From positions 1 to 42,748 of the IMG/VR virus record IMGVR_UViG_3300025270_001268: a stretch of 42,748 nt of DNA; one strand, written 5' to 3'. The translations under genes and the position numbers were made by a program. This document shows, one piece after another, positions 16,921 to 27,100 of this stretch (position 1 is its first letter; each line of letters starts with the position of its first letter). Under the pieces are notes generated by a model. That model was not told the DNA's origin. It worked only from the letters and a program-made list of their open reading frames with translations, and did no database searches. Source of the stretch: a virus (taxonomy: Duplodnaviria > Caudoviricetes).

Positions 16921-19900
16921 TATTTGCCCTCCATAAGAGCCAATTGGACCTTCATTGCTCCTATTTCTTCCTTAGTCTCTTGCAATTCAGTCCATAACTG
17001 CCAGGCCGCACCATTCAGAAGCTTCATATGTTGAGTGATGTCCCACATACCGCGTTCTTTTACATGAGGGTCAATCAAAGTGCCATCGTCGTTAGTCATA
17101 CGCCCTGTGAAAATTTTTGCGTCAATTAACGCTTGTTCGTTATAGGTGACGTAATCATCCCACCTACTCTGGATGATGCACCCTGGAGACACCACTGTAT
17201 CCATCGCTCTTAGCATTAACGCGTCGTCATAACTGTCAAACGTCCCAACAGTAGCAGAGGCGTTGGAGGATATGGTGCCAGCCGCTGTGAAAACCACTGA
17301 CGCTGTTCCACCTTGAGCAGCCACAAAAAGAATCTCGCCGTCCTCTAAGCAGTTAGCAGTAGAATTAGTACCGGTATCATCAAACTCGTAACCCCTCATA
17401 TGAATGACGCCGTTAGCACCCGTTCCACCCGTTGTTGGAGCATTCCTATTCATTGCCGCATAGGCTTCAACGTAGAACGATTGATTCCCGAGGCCATGAT
17501 TAAATGTCATTAAGCTCAACCCCCCACCGTTTGCATCCCGCTTTTTGAACAAGGCGTATGTATCGGCTTCAACACCACTGTAATTGCCAGAGGCTCCGAC
17601 ATCGCTGGACTTGAGGGCGAGGATTTCGTCATCGTTGGCTTCTTGGTTGATAGTTATACCTATTGACTGATTTCCATTGAGCGTATCTTCTACGAAGAAT
17701 TTTGAGTTAGAGAATCTCATGCGCTCCGAACCGCCTGCGGCCACTCCTATGTTGTTGGAATCAGCCCTGAAGAATCCAGAATCGTTATCGTTAGTAAAAG
17801 AAATTGCAGGGGTACTAGCACAACCATTAGCATGTAACGCCTGCCCACTGGCATTAACAGAAAACCGTGTTGCCAATGTTCCACCGCTGTCTAAGTTAAC
17901 GTGGAATTGCCCTGTGTTATCTGCGCCATTACGCTCTATGCCTATCACGCCCAAACGAGTGGCACCCACACCACAATCTGAGATTTTATATTCGATTGCA
18001 GGCCCAAATGTGTCTGCCGCGTTGCCCGTGCTAGTCGCAGTTAGAACGAATGGAGAATTTAATCCTGTCGTACTGCTAGTCGATCTAGTTATCGAACTAC
18101 CACCATCGGTATTTGTCAGAGCGAGGTTGCCAGTCACAGTCAATAATGACCCTGTAAAGGTCAGGTTGGCTTCAGCGCACAACTCACTGGTACACGCGCC
18201 AACCGTAACTATCTCATTAGCAGTGGCGTTGTTGATAGCCGATACTGCACCGCCAGCCGACGCCCAGGACAGCACACCGCAACTATCAGTAGTCAACGCC
18301 TGGCCGCAACTGCCGTCTGCCGCTGGAAGCGTCCATATCTGATTGGCATCTAATGCAGGAGCCGCGAACCCTACATAGTTACAGCCCTCGTAGAACCGTA
18401 GTTCTCCCTTGCTGGAGGTGTTGTGGACGCTGAGAGCCTTAATGTTATTGGCGTGTAGGTTGATGATGTTAGCGTCAGCGAAGTCAACCTTAGTCTCATT
18501 GTCCTCGCCTATCTTTACATCAGTAGCTAGGATCGAAGTCACTGTAGTCAGTGCCGCATCTAGATCGATGTCTGTTCCCGTAAGAGTGAGTCCATCACCG
18601 GCTGTGTAGGTAGTGTCGGTTATAGCAATATCACTACCATTGATAGCAAAGGTCTTGCCTGAAGCTATATCAATACCACCGTCATCAATGGTCAAGATAT
18701 CGGTACCGTCTACGTCAAAGACATACTTCCCTCGGTTAGCTGTACTAGATGCTTCAATAGTTGCGAACTTGATGTTGCAGAGAAGCTGGGCACCTGATGT
18801 ATAGTTGGCGGTGATAGTCAACCGTTCTGCTGAAGAAGACCCAAGGCTGATAGTAGGGTTACCGTTGTTCACCGCGTTGTACATAGTGACATCGCCAGCA
18901 ACTACATTAGTGGTAGCACCCGCCGCACCCAGTGAGGTTAGCCCTGCCAGGGTAGTCACATTAGCCTGAGATGCTGTCTGCAATGTTCCAGTTAGATTAC
19001 CATCTATTGGGCCAGCAAAGCCTGCTGAGGTAAGCAGTCCAGTAGCGGGATTATAGGTAAGTCCAGTATCTACTTCAGGTGCCTGAGATCCAGAGCCACC
19101 GTCAACAAAGACTGGGTAAACTGTGTCACAGTCATTAACTGTAGTTACTGTGATACAGCTTGTAGTACCTGTAATTGTACCAGTAACAGAACCTGTGAAT
19201 GAGGTAGCAGTTAAAGCGCCTGAACAAGGGTTGTAGTTAAGACCTGTGTCTGTTTCTAGACCCTTATTACCAGTTGCTGCATCAACAAAAGTGAGATAAA
19301 CAGTTTCGTCAGCAGTATTGTTAGCTGATACTGTGGTAGTAGTTCCAACTGCAGCCGTTCCAGAAGTGTTCTGGCAGCCTGCAGTATTTACTCCGGGTAA
19401 GTTAATAGACGCTGACCCGTTGAAGGATACTCCTCCAATATCTCTTGCATTAGTTAATGTAGCTGCACTTCCACTAGTATTCTGATTACCTGCTGTATTG
19501 ACACCTGGCAAGTTAATACTAGTTGATCCGTTAAAAGAGACCCCTCCAATACATCTAGCACATGTCAGAGTAGCTGCGCTACCAGTAGTATTCTGGTTCA
19601 GCGTCCCAACAGTAAAGTCTATAGTGTTATCAGCGTCTTGATAGGCAACTGTGATACCTGACTCTGTGTTGCATGATACCATAGCGCCAACAGTGTCAGA
19701 AATGTATTCAGCTAGGGTAACAGTATCAATCGTTATTGCATCGGCTTCCAAGGTGCCGTCAATATCAGCATTGCCTGAAATATCTAAGCTACCTGCATCT
19801 AATTCTCCTGTGATTGTAAGTAATCCACTAGAAGGATTATACGTTAATCCAGTGTCAACTTCAATATCTTGCGAGCTAGATGTTCCGTCTACAAAGGTAG

Positions 19901-20279
19901 GGTAGACAGTCTCATCAGCGTTATTTGCCGTCGTAGTAACAGTGGTTGCATTAGTTCCTGCTGTAACACTGGAACCGCCTATTGTAATAGCATCAGCTTC
20001 TAGGGTGCCATCAAACCATGCATTCTTGAACTGAAGACTGGCAGTTCCCAGGTCAATATCATTAGTCGTGATAGGCTGTAGGACACCATCAATTATAGCT
20101 AGTTGACCCGTGCCGCCTACACTGATGCCAAGTTGGTTAGCATCGACACGGTATAGCCCAACGTCAGTGTCAGTTGAGAATGCTATACCAGGCGCGGCTG
20201 CTGAGCCTACCGGGTGAACTGCCTGGACGGATGAAGTTTCTGCCCCTACCTCTAGATCGCCGTAACCTGCTCGTGCCAT
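16920..20279 (-). CDS. Long tail fibre / receptor-binding protein
   Basis: 1119 aa, Gly/Thr/Ser/Asn-rich; GSAAAPGIAFSTDTDVG and TLPAADG fibre motifs; internal repeats; C-terminal coiled coil. Confidence 0.85.
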   Translation of the reverse strand: MARAGYGDLEVGAETSSVQAVHPVGSAAAPGIAFSTDTDVGLYRVDANQLGISVGGTGQLAIIDGVLQPITTNDIDLGTASLQFKNAWFDGTLEADAITIGGSSVTAGTNATTVTTTANNADETVYPTFVDGTSSSQDIEVDTGLTYNPSSGLLTITGELDAGSLDISGNADIDGTLEADAITIDTVTLAEYISDTVGAMVSCNTESGITVAYQDADNTIDFTVGTLNQNTTGSAATLTCARCIGGVSFNGSTSINLPGVNTAGNQNTSGSAATLTNARDIGGVSFNGSASINLPGVNTAGCQNTSGTAAVGTTTTVSANNTADETVYLTFVDAATGNKGLETDTGLNYNPCSGALTATSFTGSVTGTITGTTSCITVTTVNDCDTVYPVFVDGGSGSQAPEVDTGLTYNPATGLLTSAGFAGPIDGNLTGTLQTASQANVTTLAGLTSLGAAGATTNVVAGDVTMYNAVNNGNPTISLGSSSAERLTITANYTSGAQLLCNIKFATIEASSTANRGKYVFDVDGTDILTIDDGGIDIASGKTFAINGSDIAITDTTYTAGDGLTLTGTDIDLDAALTTVTSILATDVKIGEDNETKVDFADANIINLHANNIKALSVHNTSSKGELRFYEGCNYVGFAAPALDANQIWTLPAADGSCGQALTTDSCGVLSWASAGGAVSAINNATANEIVTVGACTSELCAEANLTFTGSLLTVTGNLALTNTDGGSSITRSTSSTTGLNSPFVLTATSTGNAADTFGPAIEYKISDCGVGATRLGVIGIERNGADNTGQFHVNLDSGGTLATRFSVNASGQALHANGCASTPAISFTNDNDSGFFRADSNNIGVAAGGSERMRFSNSKFFVEDTLNGNQSIGITINQEANDDEILALKSSDVGASGNYSGVEADTYALFKKRDANGGGLSLMTFNHGLGNQSFYVEAYAAMNRNAPTTGGTGANGVIHMRGYEFDDTGTNSTANCLEDGEILFVAAQGGTASVVFTAAGTISSNASATVGTFDSYDDALMLRAMDTVVSPGCIIQSRWDDYVTYNEQALIDAKIFTGRMTNDDGTLIDPHVKERGMWDITQHMKLLNGAAWQLWTELQETKEEIGAMKVQLALMEGK
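19350..19598 (-). repeat. Tandem 111-bp (37-aa) repeat in the fibre gene, about 2.2 copies
   Basis: NQNTTGSAATLTCARCIGGVSFNGSTSINLPGVNTAG / NQNTSGSAATLTNARDIGGVSFNGSASINLPGVNTAG / CQNTSGTAA. Confidence 0.9.
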
Positions 20280-20955
20280 TTAACCTCCATATATAGGTGG
20301 AGCCAGCCAGCAATAGCGCATGGCTGGCCCCATTGAAGAGAGAGTAAGGTGTGCTTACGGTGCGATGATATGGTGTTACAATATGTGAACTTGGGAACTC
20401 GGCCCACATTAGATTTCCATAGACAGTTAGATCTGCAGCCGCACCAAAGTGGACTATAACTGATGCCGGGCCAATTACAACTGGTGCTATGACAGGGTTA
20501 TACTCCATCTTAGGCCAGTAGTCAGCCGCATCTCCTGAGTTAACCTCAATAGATTCTCGGTAAATCTCCAGTGATCCACCAGTTGTTTTAGCTGCAGCAA
20601 CTATGTCACTAGCACCTGCCACGTAAGCAGTACATGCACTGGATCTCAAACTATCTGTCCGTAAACTTAAGGGAGTGAATGCTGTCCCCCCAGATGATCG
20701 CCTCACCTTTCCATTGTCAACCTCAATCATATAATTGATAAGGGTTCCAGTTGTCCAGGTGCCAACCACACCTTGTCCCCATAGAGGGATGATCGTTGTA
20801 CCACTAGGTACATCTACTGATGCCATTGCTAACTGATCGTCGATGCTCGCGGTTGAAGCTACAGGGGCGTCCTCTGCACCAAATTGCAGCATGTAGGCCT
20901 GCCCCGATAAAACGTAAGCTTGCTTCCAGTCAGCGTTATTAATATCGCCAGCCAT
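20170..20955 (-). CDS. Putative virion structural protein; 3' end uncertain
   Basis: Beta-rich; GGAGG RBS; C-terminal ~65 aa run through a hairpin and overlap the fibre gene by 110 nt. Confidence 0.65.
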   Translation of the reverse strand: MAGDINNADWKQAYVLSGQAYMLQFGAEDAPVASTASIDDQLAMASVDVPSGTTIIPLWGQGVVGTWTTGTLINYMIEVDNGKVRRSSGGTAFTPLSLRTDSLRSSACTAYVAGASDIVAAAKTTGGSLEIYRESIEVNSGDAADYWPKMEYNPVIAPVVIGPASVIVHFGAAADLTVYGNLMWAEFPSSHIVTPYHRTVSTPYSLFNGASHALLLAGSTYIWRLNGTSRLRRSRGRGRNFIRPGSSPGRLSSRAWYSILN

Positions 20956-20967
20956 GGCTACCTCCGT

Positions 20968-21765
20968 TTAGCTTCTGCGTAATTGCCACATCTTGAAGAA
21001 GTCAACATCCAAGTTCTTGCTTGTAGTGTTCCTGGTCTGTACGAATATAGAAGGAGCTAAGTTAACGCTACCTGTGTTACAGTCGGTAAGCATGATTGTG
21101 TCGCCTTGTTTGCGACCATCTGCACTGTACCGATCGAAGTAGGCATTGTCTTCCATCAGAGCAACTACCATGGTTTGATAGGTGTCTGCAACTGGTGCCG
21201 CTCCACCAGCAGTTGTCGCCAGGGTTACACCTGTGGCTTCTGTACCAGCTTTAACACCCTCAGCCGCCCAGGTATCTACAGTAGCATCAGTATCGAATAC
21301 CCAGCAGCAACCATCAGGTGAACTTCCATTAAAGCTAGGTGTATCGAGTACGTTGACAATACCAGCAGAGTTATTAGCAACCGTGTTTCGGAAACCAACT
21401 TCTATTTTGACATCAGCAATAGCACTTATTCTATATCGTATTGCCATTACAGCATTATAGTCACCCTTACATTGTAGTGGTAACGACATAGCTGAGATAC
21501 CATCATTAGTGGTACCAGTGGTCAATCGTATATTGCCCCATTCATTTGCGCTTGCACTGGGTGCAAGAACTGCAGCCGCAACTGCGCTCCCAGAGCCGGT
21601 CGCTGCTGTAGTGTATACACTGCTCGTGAGGACTCCACTGAGGAAGTCGTCTTCCCACTTACAGATGTCAAAGCTGTTCATCTGTAAAAATTCAGATGTG
21701 ATTGCAGCACCCATACCGCTGCGTAGTCTTACGTCACTTAGGTCTGTAACGATTCTATCTGCCAT
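20968..21765 (-). CDS. Putative capsid decoration / lectin-fold virion protein
   Basis: 265 aa, beta-rich; WEDDFL N-terminus and LDVDFFKMWQ C-terminus; downstream of capsid. Confidence 0.55.
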   Translation of the reverse strand: MADRIVTDLSDVRLRSGMGAAITSEFLQMNSFDICKWEDDFLSGVLTSSVYTTAATGSGSAVAAAVLAPSASANEWGNIRLTTGTTNDGISAMSLPLQCKGDYNAVMAIRYRISAIADVKIEVGFRNTVANNSAGIVNVLDTPSFNGSSPDGCCWVFDTDATVDTWAAEGVKAGTEATGVTLATTAGGAAPVADTYQTMVVALMEDNAYFDRYSADGRKQGDTIMLTDCNTGSVNLAPSIFVQTRNTTSKNLDVDFFKMWQLRRS

Positions 21766-21767
21766 AG

Positions 21768-22178
21768 TTAAACCTCTTTGAATCCTTCTGGTAATCCGTG
21801 TTCTTTGATGTAATCGTCAGGTACTTCCATACGTACCTTTTCTGGTCTCTTGTAGAACCAGGCCCAACATTGGTATTGGTCTGCATCATCTTTATACCAG
21901 GGATGGTTCTTAGGCATCCCCTTAGTCATGCCAGGCTTCCAGAGCTGGATGCCATTCGATGTGCCCGCAGATACATAGCGGACATCCCAGTCTGGAACTA
22001 GTTGATACTGAGGCTCGCTTTTTAGTTCGAAGCCCAGCTTTTGATAGTGCTCTACGAACACCTTCACTTGGCTGTAGGCTGCACTCTGTAGTCTCAGCCC
22101 AGAGATCCCCGGCGTGACTTCAAACATCCCGTAGAATATCTCAAAGCCAGCCGGAGCTTTCGTATCAGTAGAAGTCAT
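21768..22178 (-). CDS. Hypothetical protein
   Basis: 136 aa; TAATG coupled. Confidence 0.7.
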   Translation of the reverse strand: MTSTDTKAPAGFEIFYGMFEVTPGISGLRLQSAAYSQVKVFVEHYQKLGFELKSEPQYQLVPDWDVRYVSAGTSNGIQLWKPGMTKGMPKNHPWYKDDADQYQCWAWFYKRPEKVRMEVPDDYIKEHGLPEGFKEV

Positions 22179-22402
22179 TAACCCTCTGCAGCCCGCTTGC
22201 CATGCTGCTGTCTTATAGACTTGATCATTCGATCTTTCTCAGCTTGACCTATTGTTTTGTCTGCTCTAATTCTAGCAATCTTGGCCGCTAGCGTACCTGG
22301 TTTTGGTTGTAATGCTCGAGCCTCACCTCGAAACTTTCTAGCTTTTTGGCGCTGCTTAATGTGCTGCTCACCTTTACCAGGCTGTTTTTTTCTCATTGCC
22401 AT
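22178..22402 (-). CDS. Small basic protein
   Basis: 74 aa, K/R-rich; TAATG coupled to capsid. Confidence 0.7.
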   Translation of the reverse strand: MAMRKKQPGKGEQHIKQRQKARKFRGEARALQPKPGTLAAKIARIRADKTIGQAEKDRMIKSIRQQHGKRAAEG

Positions 22403-23307
22403 TACATGCCTTTCATCAACACACCATGATCTTCACGGACTTCAACGAATCCGTAAATCGCATGCACCGCATAGCGCGTAGTGTCTGTGGTAATTTCGTA
22501 GTGAGAAACGGGCCTGCTTTCCTCTACGATAAGAGTAGCACAAGCTTCTTTCTGCCACATGCCATTGTCATGACCGGCAGCATTGGTTCCCTCTACATTC
22601 AGGGACATGTACCAGTCCAGACCAAGGATGTTGGTGACATAGCCCTTGTACTTGCTGTCAACATTGACATTACCCATGCTGGCCGAATATTGAGCATTGA
22701 CGAAGCGTTCAATTCCAAACAGGTTCATCTGCTCAGCAGGAGAGAACACGAAGACGCGACTATCCTCTGGAGCAAAGGCATCGTTAAGATACTGTACGCC
22801 ACGTTTGATGTCAGACTCAGTCAGCCCTACCGCAAAGGTACCCACTGCGGTACTGCTACTAAAGTCGTCAATGAGACCTGCAGCATCATCGTCAATACGG
22901 TGGGCTACTGCATAACCACTAGCTTTAGTAAGCTTTTCCATCAGACCAATATTAGAGAACAGGTCTGCTTCATACTCAAGCTCAAAAGCCTGGTAGATAT
23001 GTGTGTCTGCAATCAAGGAAATACGAGCCTTTAAACTAGCCTCATCGAAACCTAGAGTGCCTCCACTACCAGTACCAGCAGCACTAGTCATCTTATTAGC
23101 AGCTAGTGTAGCTGTGTCCTGTGTATCCTGGAAAGCGTTCACACCATGAATGAACACCCGGTCGCCTTCACTAAGATCGGACTCGTACTTGCGGTCAAAC
23201 AAGTTAACGTAAACGAAGTTAGCTTCCCGGTAGTCAGCCGTCATATGGCTGTACATCTGGGGAATTGTATCGCTCACGCGAGTCGTATCGGTATCAGTAA
23301 TTGCCAT
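22402..23307 (-). CDS. Major capsid protein (P22/T7-like HK97 fold)
   Basis: 301 aa; IPQMYS, GDRVFI, GYAVAHRID, APEDSRVFVFSP, ILGLDWYMS, IYGFVEVR patterns; follows scaffold. Confidence 0.85.
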   Translation of the reverse strand: MAITDTDTTRVSDTIPQMYSHMTADYREANFVYVNLFDRKYESDLSEGDRVFIHGVNAFQDTQDTATLAANKMTSAAGTGSGGTLGFDEASLKARISLIADTHIYQAFELEYEADLFSNIGLMEKLTKASGYAVAHRIDDDAAGLIDDFSSSTAVGTFAVGLTESDIKRGVQYLNDAFAPEDSRVFVFSPAEQMNLFGIERFVNAQYSASMGNVNVDSKYKGYVTNILGLDWYMSLNVEGTNAAGHDNGMWQKEACATLIVEESRPVSHYEITTDTTRYAVHAIYGFVEVREDHGVLMKGM

Positions 23308-23316
23308 TAGTTCTCC

Positions 23317-23979
23317 TTAGGGTAAGGCTATTTCGCCTTTTGCTACCCTGTCTTTAATTTCATCGCCATGGTCTTTCCAATATTGGCGACCATTTGGACC
23401 TCTTAGCATTCGATTCAATGCTACAGGATCGTTAATAATCGAGGCATCGGAGGAAGCTGTGCTGCCCCCTCCGTCTACCCATTGAGCACCACCACGGGCT
23501 GCCATTCTCCGGTTGACTTCGTCTTCAATCTGCCCCTCGCTTAGAACTCCGTTCGTTTCGGGAGCAAGAATCTGTCTAACCTGGGTTGCAGCACCTTCGT
23601 AGTCACCTCGTGACCAGGATTCACGGGGGCCGTTGAGACGTTCATCGTCCCACATGGTTTCCGCTTCATGCAGTTGTGCCATTATCTCGTCCAGCGCCGC
23701 ATCGCTATTAGAGTTTCTGGCCGAGAAGCCAGCCTTGGCTTTACGGTACTGATCTTCATCATCTATCAATCCATTAGCTTGGATGACGTCTAAGATCTGT
23801 TCCATACTAGCCCCGAATGCAGCCAGTTGGGCCTCCATCCGTTGTGTAGCTCCAGCCTCTTTTTGGTATTGACGCTCTCGCGTCCTGGATGCTTCTAGCT
23901 TCCGTTGCAACGACTTGTAAGCATCATTGGGGGTTTCCGCAGACTGGTTTGCGTCACCAGCCAGGTTATCCTTTGCCAT
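23317..23979 (-). CDS. Putative capsid scaffolding protein
   Basis: Helical/coiled-coil, acidic, immediately upstream of capsid; start MAKDN with GGAGG RBS. Confidence 0.65.
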   Translation of the reverse strand: MAKDNLAGDANQSAETPNDAYKSLQRKLEASRTRERQYQKEAGATQRMEAQLAAFGASMEQILDVIQANGLIDDEDQYRKAKAGFSARNSNSDAALDEIMAQLHEAETMWDDERLNGPRESWSRGDYEGAATQVRQILAPETNGVLSEGQIEDEVNRRMAARGGAQWVDGGGSTASSDASIINDPVALNRMLRGPNGRQYWKDHGDEIKDRVAKGEIALP

Positions 23980-23997
23980 ATGGCCTCCATGTCTTAT

Positions 23998-24055
23998 AAA
24001 AAAATACGCCACACCCTTTGAGGAGGATCATGACTCCGCCTCAGAGTGTAACGCA
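23998..24055 (-). terminator. Long hairpin plus U7 tract in the scaffold/capsid leader
   Basis: TGCGTTACACTCT...AGGGTGTGGCGTA stem (G-U pairs on minus strand) followed by TTTTTTT. Confidence 0.5.
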
Positions 24056-24127
24056 ATCCCGCTCCTATTCGGAGCTAGGTAGGTCAGCAGGGGGGCATTT
24101 GCATACATTCCTACTTCCCTATCTATT

Positions 24128-24156
24128 AGTATACCAGGTCTACTGCCTATTGTCAA
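24128..24156 (-). promoter_or_regulatory. Sigma70-type promoter for the scaffold/capsid/tail genes
   Basis: TTGACA-17 nt-TATACT with TGn extension. Confidence 0.8.
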
Positions 24157-27100
24157 GACCCCACTCCAGCAAGCGAAGGACTGATATCATAAGTAGTGGT
24201 AGGGGCTTCTGGTCGAGTAGGCCTGGATTGTGCAGCTAGGGTTCTCTTTGCTTCTATTAGTCTACCTGCAGGAGTTAATGCAGAGTAGTCATAGAACTCA
24301 ACAAGAAGTGCATCAATAGTTGGGTTAGCCTTTCTAAATCGATCTTGAACCTTATCAAGTATTCTTAGAAGTCTTGTAATCTGAGGATGCCTTGCTTTAA
24401 AGTGGGCTTTTGCTTCTCTAGTTCGGGCACCACGCCAATGATGAATCAGATCTGCACCCTCAGAGCTAAATCGTGTATCGGGCAAGTCCCAGAACTCACC
24501 TAGTTGTTCATTACGAGCAATTGATAGTCGCTGTAAACTAGGAGGTAACAGCTTACCTTGTGTTCTCATATCCTGGATATATTTCCAGGACGCTGCACCA
24601 TAGTTCTCGACCATAAAGTCTTCAAATACCTGCTGTCGACGCTTAAATTCATCGGAGTCAAAGTTACCATAAATATCGTGTAGGGCAGCACTACCAGTCA
24701 CTTCTTGCCTGTACCTATCATACCAGTGGTCAAAAACAAACTGGTCTGCAACAGTATTCATATCACCTAGTCGACGCTCGTTAAACGTAGCAATGACATC
24801 TGCATATGTTTCAGCGAGTTGCTGATTTGCACCTCTATTTTCAGCCTCTAGTGTCTCCCATCTTTCACGCAATTGTTTTCCCGTTATTTCGTAGTTCGCA
24901 AACTGCTCTTCTAAACCTTTTAGCTTCATTTCTAGACCGAATGGTTCACCAAACTCTGGCCCGCGCCCTTTTCTATTAAGCCTTACATGGTTGATATACT
25001 CGTCTTGACGCTTTCGTATGTATGAGCCACGACGCTCTACATCTTCACTAATTTCAACCTCTAAGTCTTGTAGAGCAGGATGTCTTTCAACTAGCTGCTT
25101 AAGTAGAAGTTTTGGAATAGTGTCACCATCTATAGGTAAGTCCTTGCTTTCCTGCTCTTGCTTCCATTTCATTAAAGCAGGATCCTCATCTATTAAGATA
25201 GCTACATTTCTAGCAGTCTTTAATCGACCATATGCAGATTGTGGGCTTGTCCGAAGACCAAAGAACTCAGCTAAACCAGCAGAGGGAGGCATGTCTTTAC
25301 TGCCCCATATGGAGTCCTGAATAGTATCAATCCAGAAAGGCATGAGTGACCTAGATATTCGGTCACCAATCTTATTGACCTCCCAGCCTCCAGTAGTATC
25401 ACGAAGAGGGTCGCCTATAAAATCCTGTCCTGTACCTATATCAATACCTATTGAGGTTATTGGAGAGGAGCCTGACCGGAACCACTTTAACAGACTGTTG
25501 TCACTGAAGTTTACCTCAAGTAAGCCTCCTGGATCGTCTACCATTTGATCCGTAATATCTTTACCCATGCGTATAAAACTATAGAAGGGTGTTCCAATAC
25601 CTACACGCATACCACCTACTTTAACTGACATAAAGTCTGCAGAGCCAGGTGTGAGTACGTCGTCATTAAGACCTGCAGATTTAATGGCCCAAGCAATTCC
25701 TGCCCCTGCGGCCAACATACCCGTTACTGACTCTAATGCCATTCCTCGACGCCACTTACTTGTTGACATCAAGTTCTTCATTACAGCGATTGAAGACCTT
25801 CTATACAGTGCCGCGTATAGTAGGAAAGCGGACTCAAAATTACGCTGCTTTGATGGTATACCCACTGCAGCAGGTTGTAAGGTACCATGAATAGCATTCA
25901 TACTAGCTGCCACATCGTTGAGAGCGTCTTCCATTTTTTGACGCTCCTTAGGAGTTGGCTCCTTTGGATTACCTAAATTATCGACAGCTCCAAAATGTTG
26001 TTTAATCATCTTCGATTGGACTTTCCACATCTCTGTCTTAGAGACATCAAGGAAGAATCCAAATCCATTCATCATACGTTCAGGTACTGTCCAGGCAAGT
26101 TCAACACTTCTTTCAAATTGCTTTATGCCAGGCTTCTTTAATCCTGGTCGGCCTCGTCCTTTAGTGAACATGCCCGGAAGGGGTAGGTCTTCAATATGGG
26201 TCGATCGAAAGAAAGCAATCCCGTATTTTTGCATCTCTCGTCTAGTTTCTTGTGTGCGCGTATACCACTCTGTGCGCACTTTGGGTGACCACATAGCTCG
26301 ACCCATATTATATGAGCCTTTGGCCCATGCAAAACGCTGGCCCATAGGCATAAAGACATTTGGTGATGCCATCATACCTATACCACCAATACCATGTAGT
26401 AGCATAACACCAAGGTCAGCACCAGTTGCAAGTACACGCATCGTATTTGCTAGAGCAGACGGTACAGTTAAAAACGCACTCGACTTTGAAAATTCATCAG
26501 AAAATAAGGCTGCAAATTCTCGACTTGCTTCAGGAGGTAATGCTGTTCCATGAAGAGGGTGTCGTTTCATTACTCCTTTTTGTACTGCTTCTCTAAGTTC
26601 TAAATTCTTCCAGTTCGTGGACATCTCTATGATCTCTTTTTGTTTCCTTGCTATTTTTTCATCAGACATCTCACGCCATTTAGGCCCAAAATGCTTTTGA
26701 GCAGACATTTGATTCCCATAGGATAGCTCTTCTCCGCTAGCCTTGTACTCCTTTATTCGTTCAAGCATCTTCATTGCTGTCGATGTCTCAGTGTGCTTAA
26801 TACCAAGTTTTGCAAACTCGTCCATAAAGCGTTCGGTAGCTACATAGTCATAGTAAGACTCAGCTTGTCTTTGTAAGGCTAGTATTGGATCAGTATTGTA
26901 TAAGTCATGTTTAATTCTACCAACACCCTGTCCCTGATCCATTTTATTTGCAATCTGCCAGTAGTAGTCATGTCGTTTCATTTGACTAGGACGCATACCC
27001 ATCTTACCTGCACCTGCTTGGAAACCAACTCTGATATCTGAGCTTTGTTCCAAGAATAGAGAAGGTACAAAGCTGGCCCTAAACTTGCCTGCAGCTTTAC

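Noticed and set aside
16920-20279. Genetic-code reassignment or DGR explaining the Cys substitutions
   Set aside because: Cys codons are used normally in many CxxC motifs; no reverse transcriptase or TR/VR pair; repeat differences are not adenine-specific
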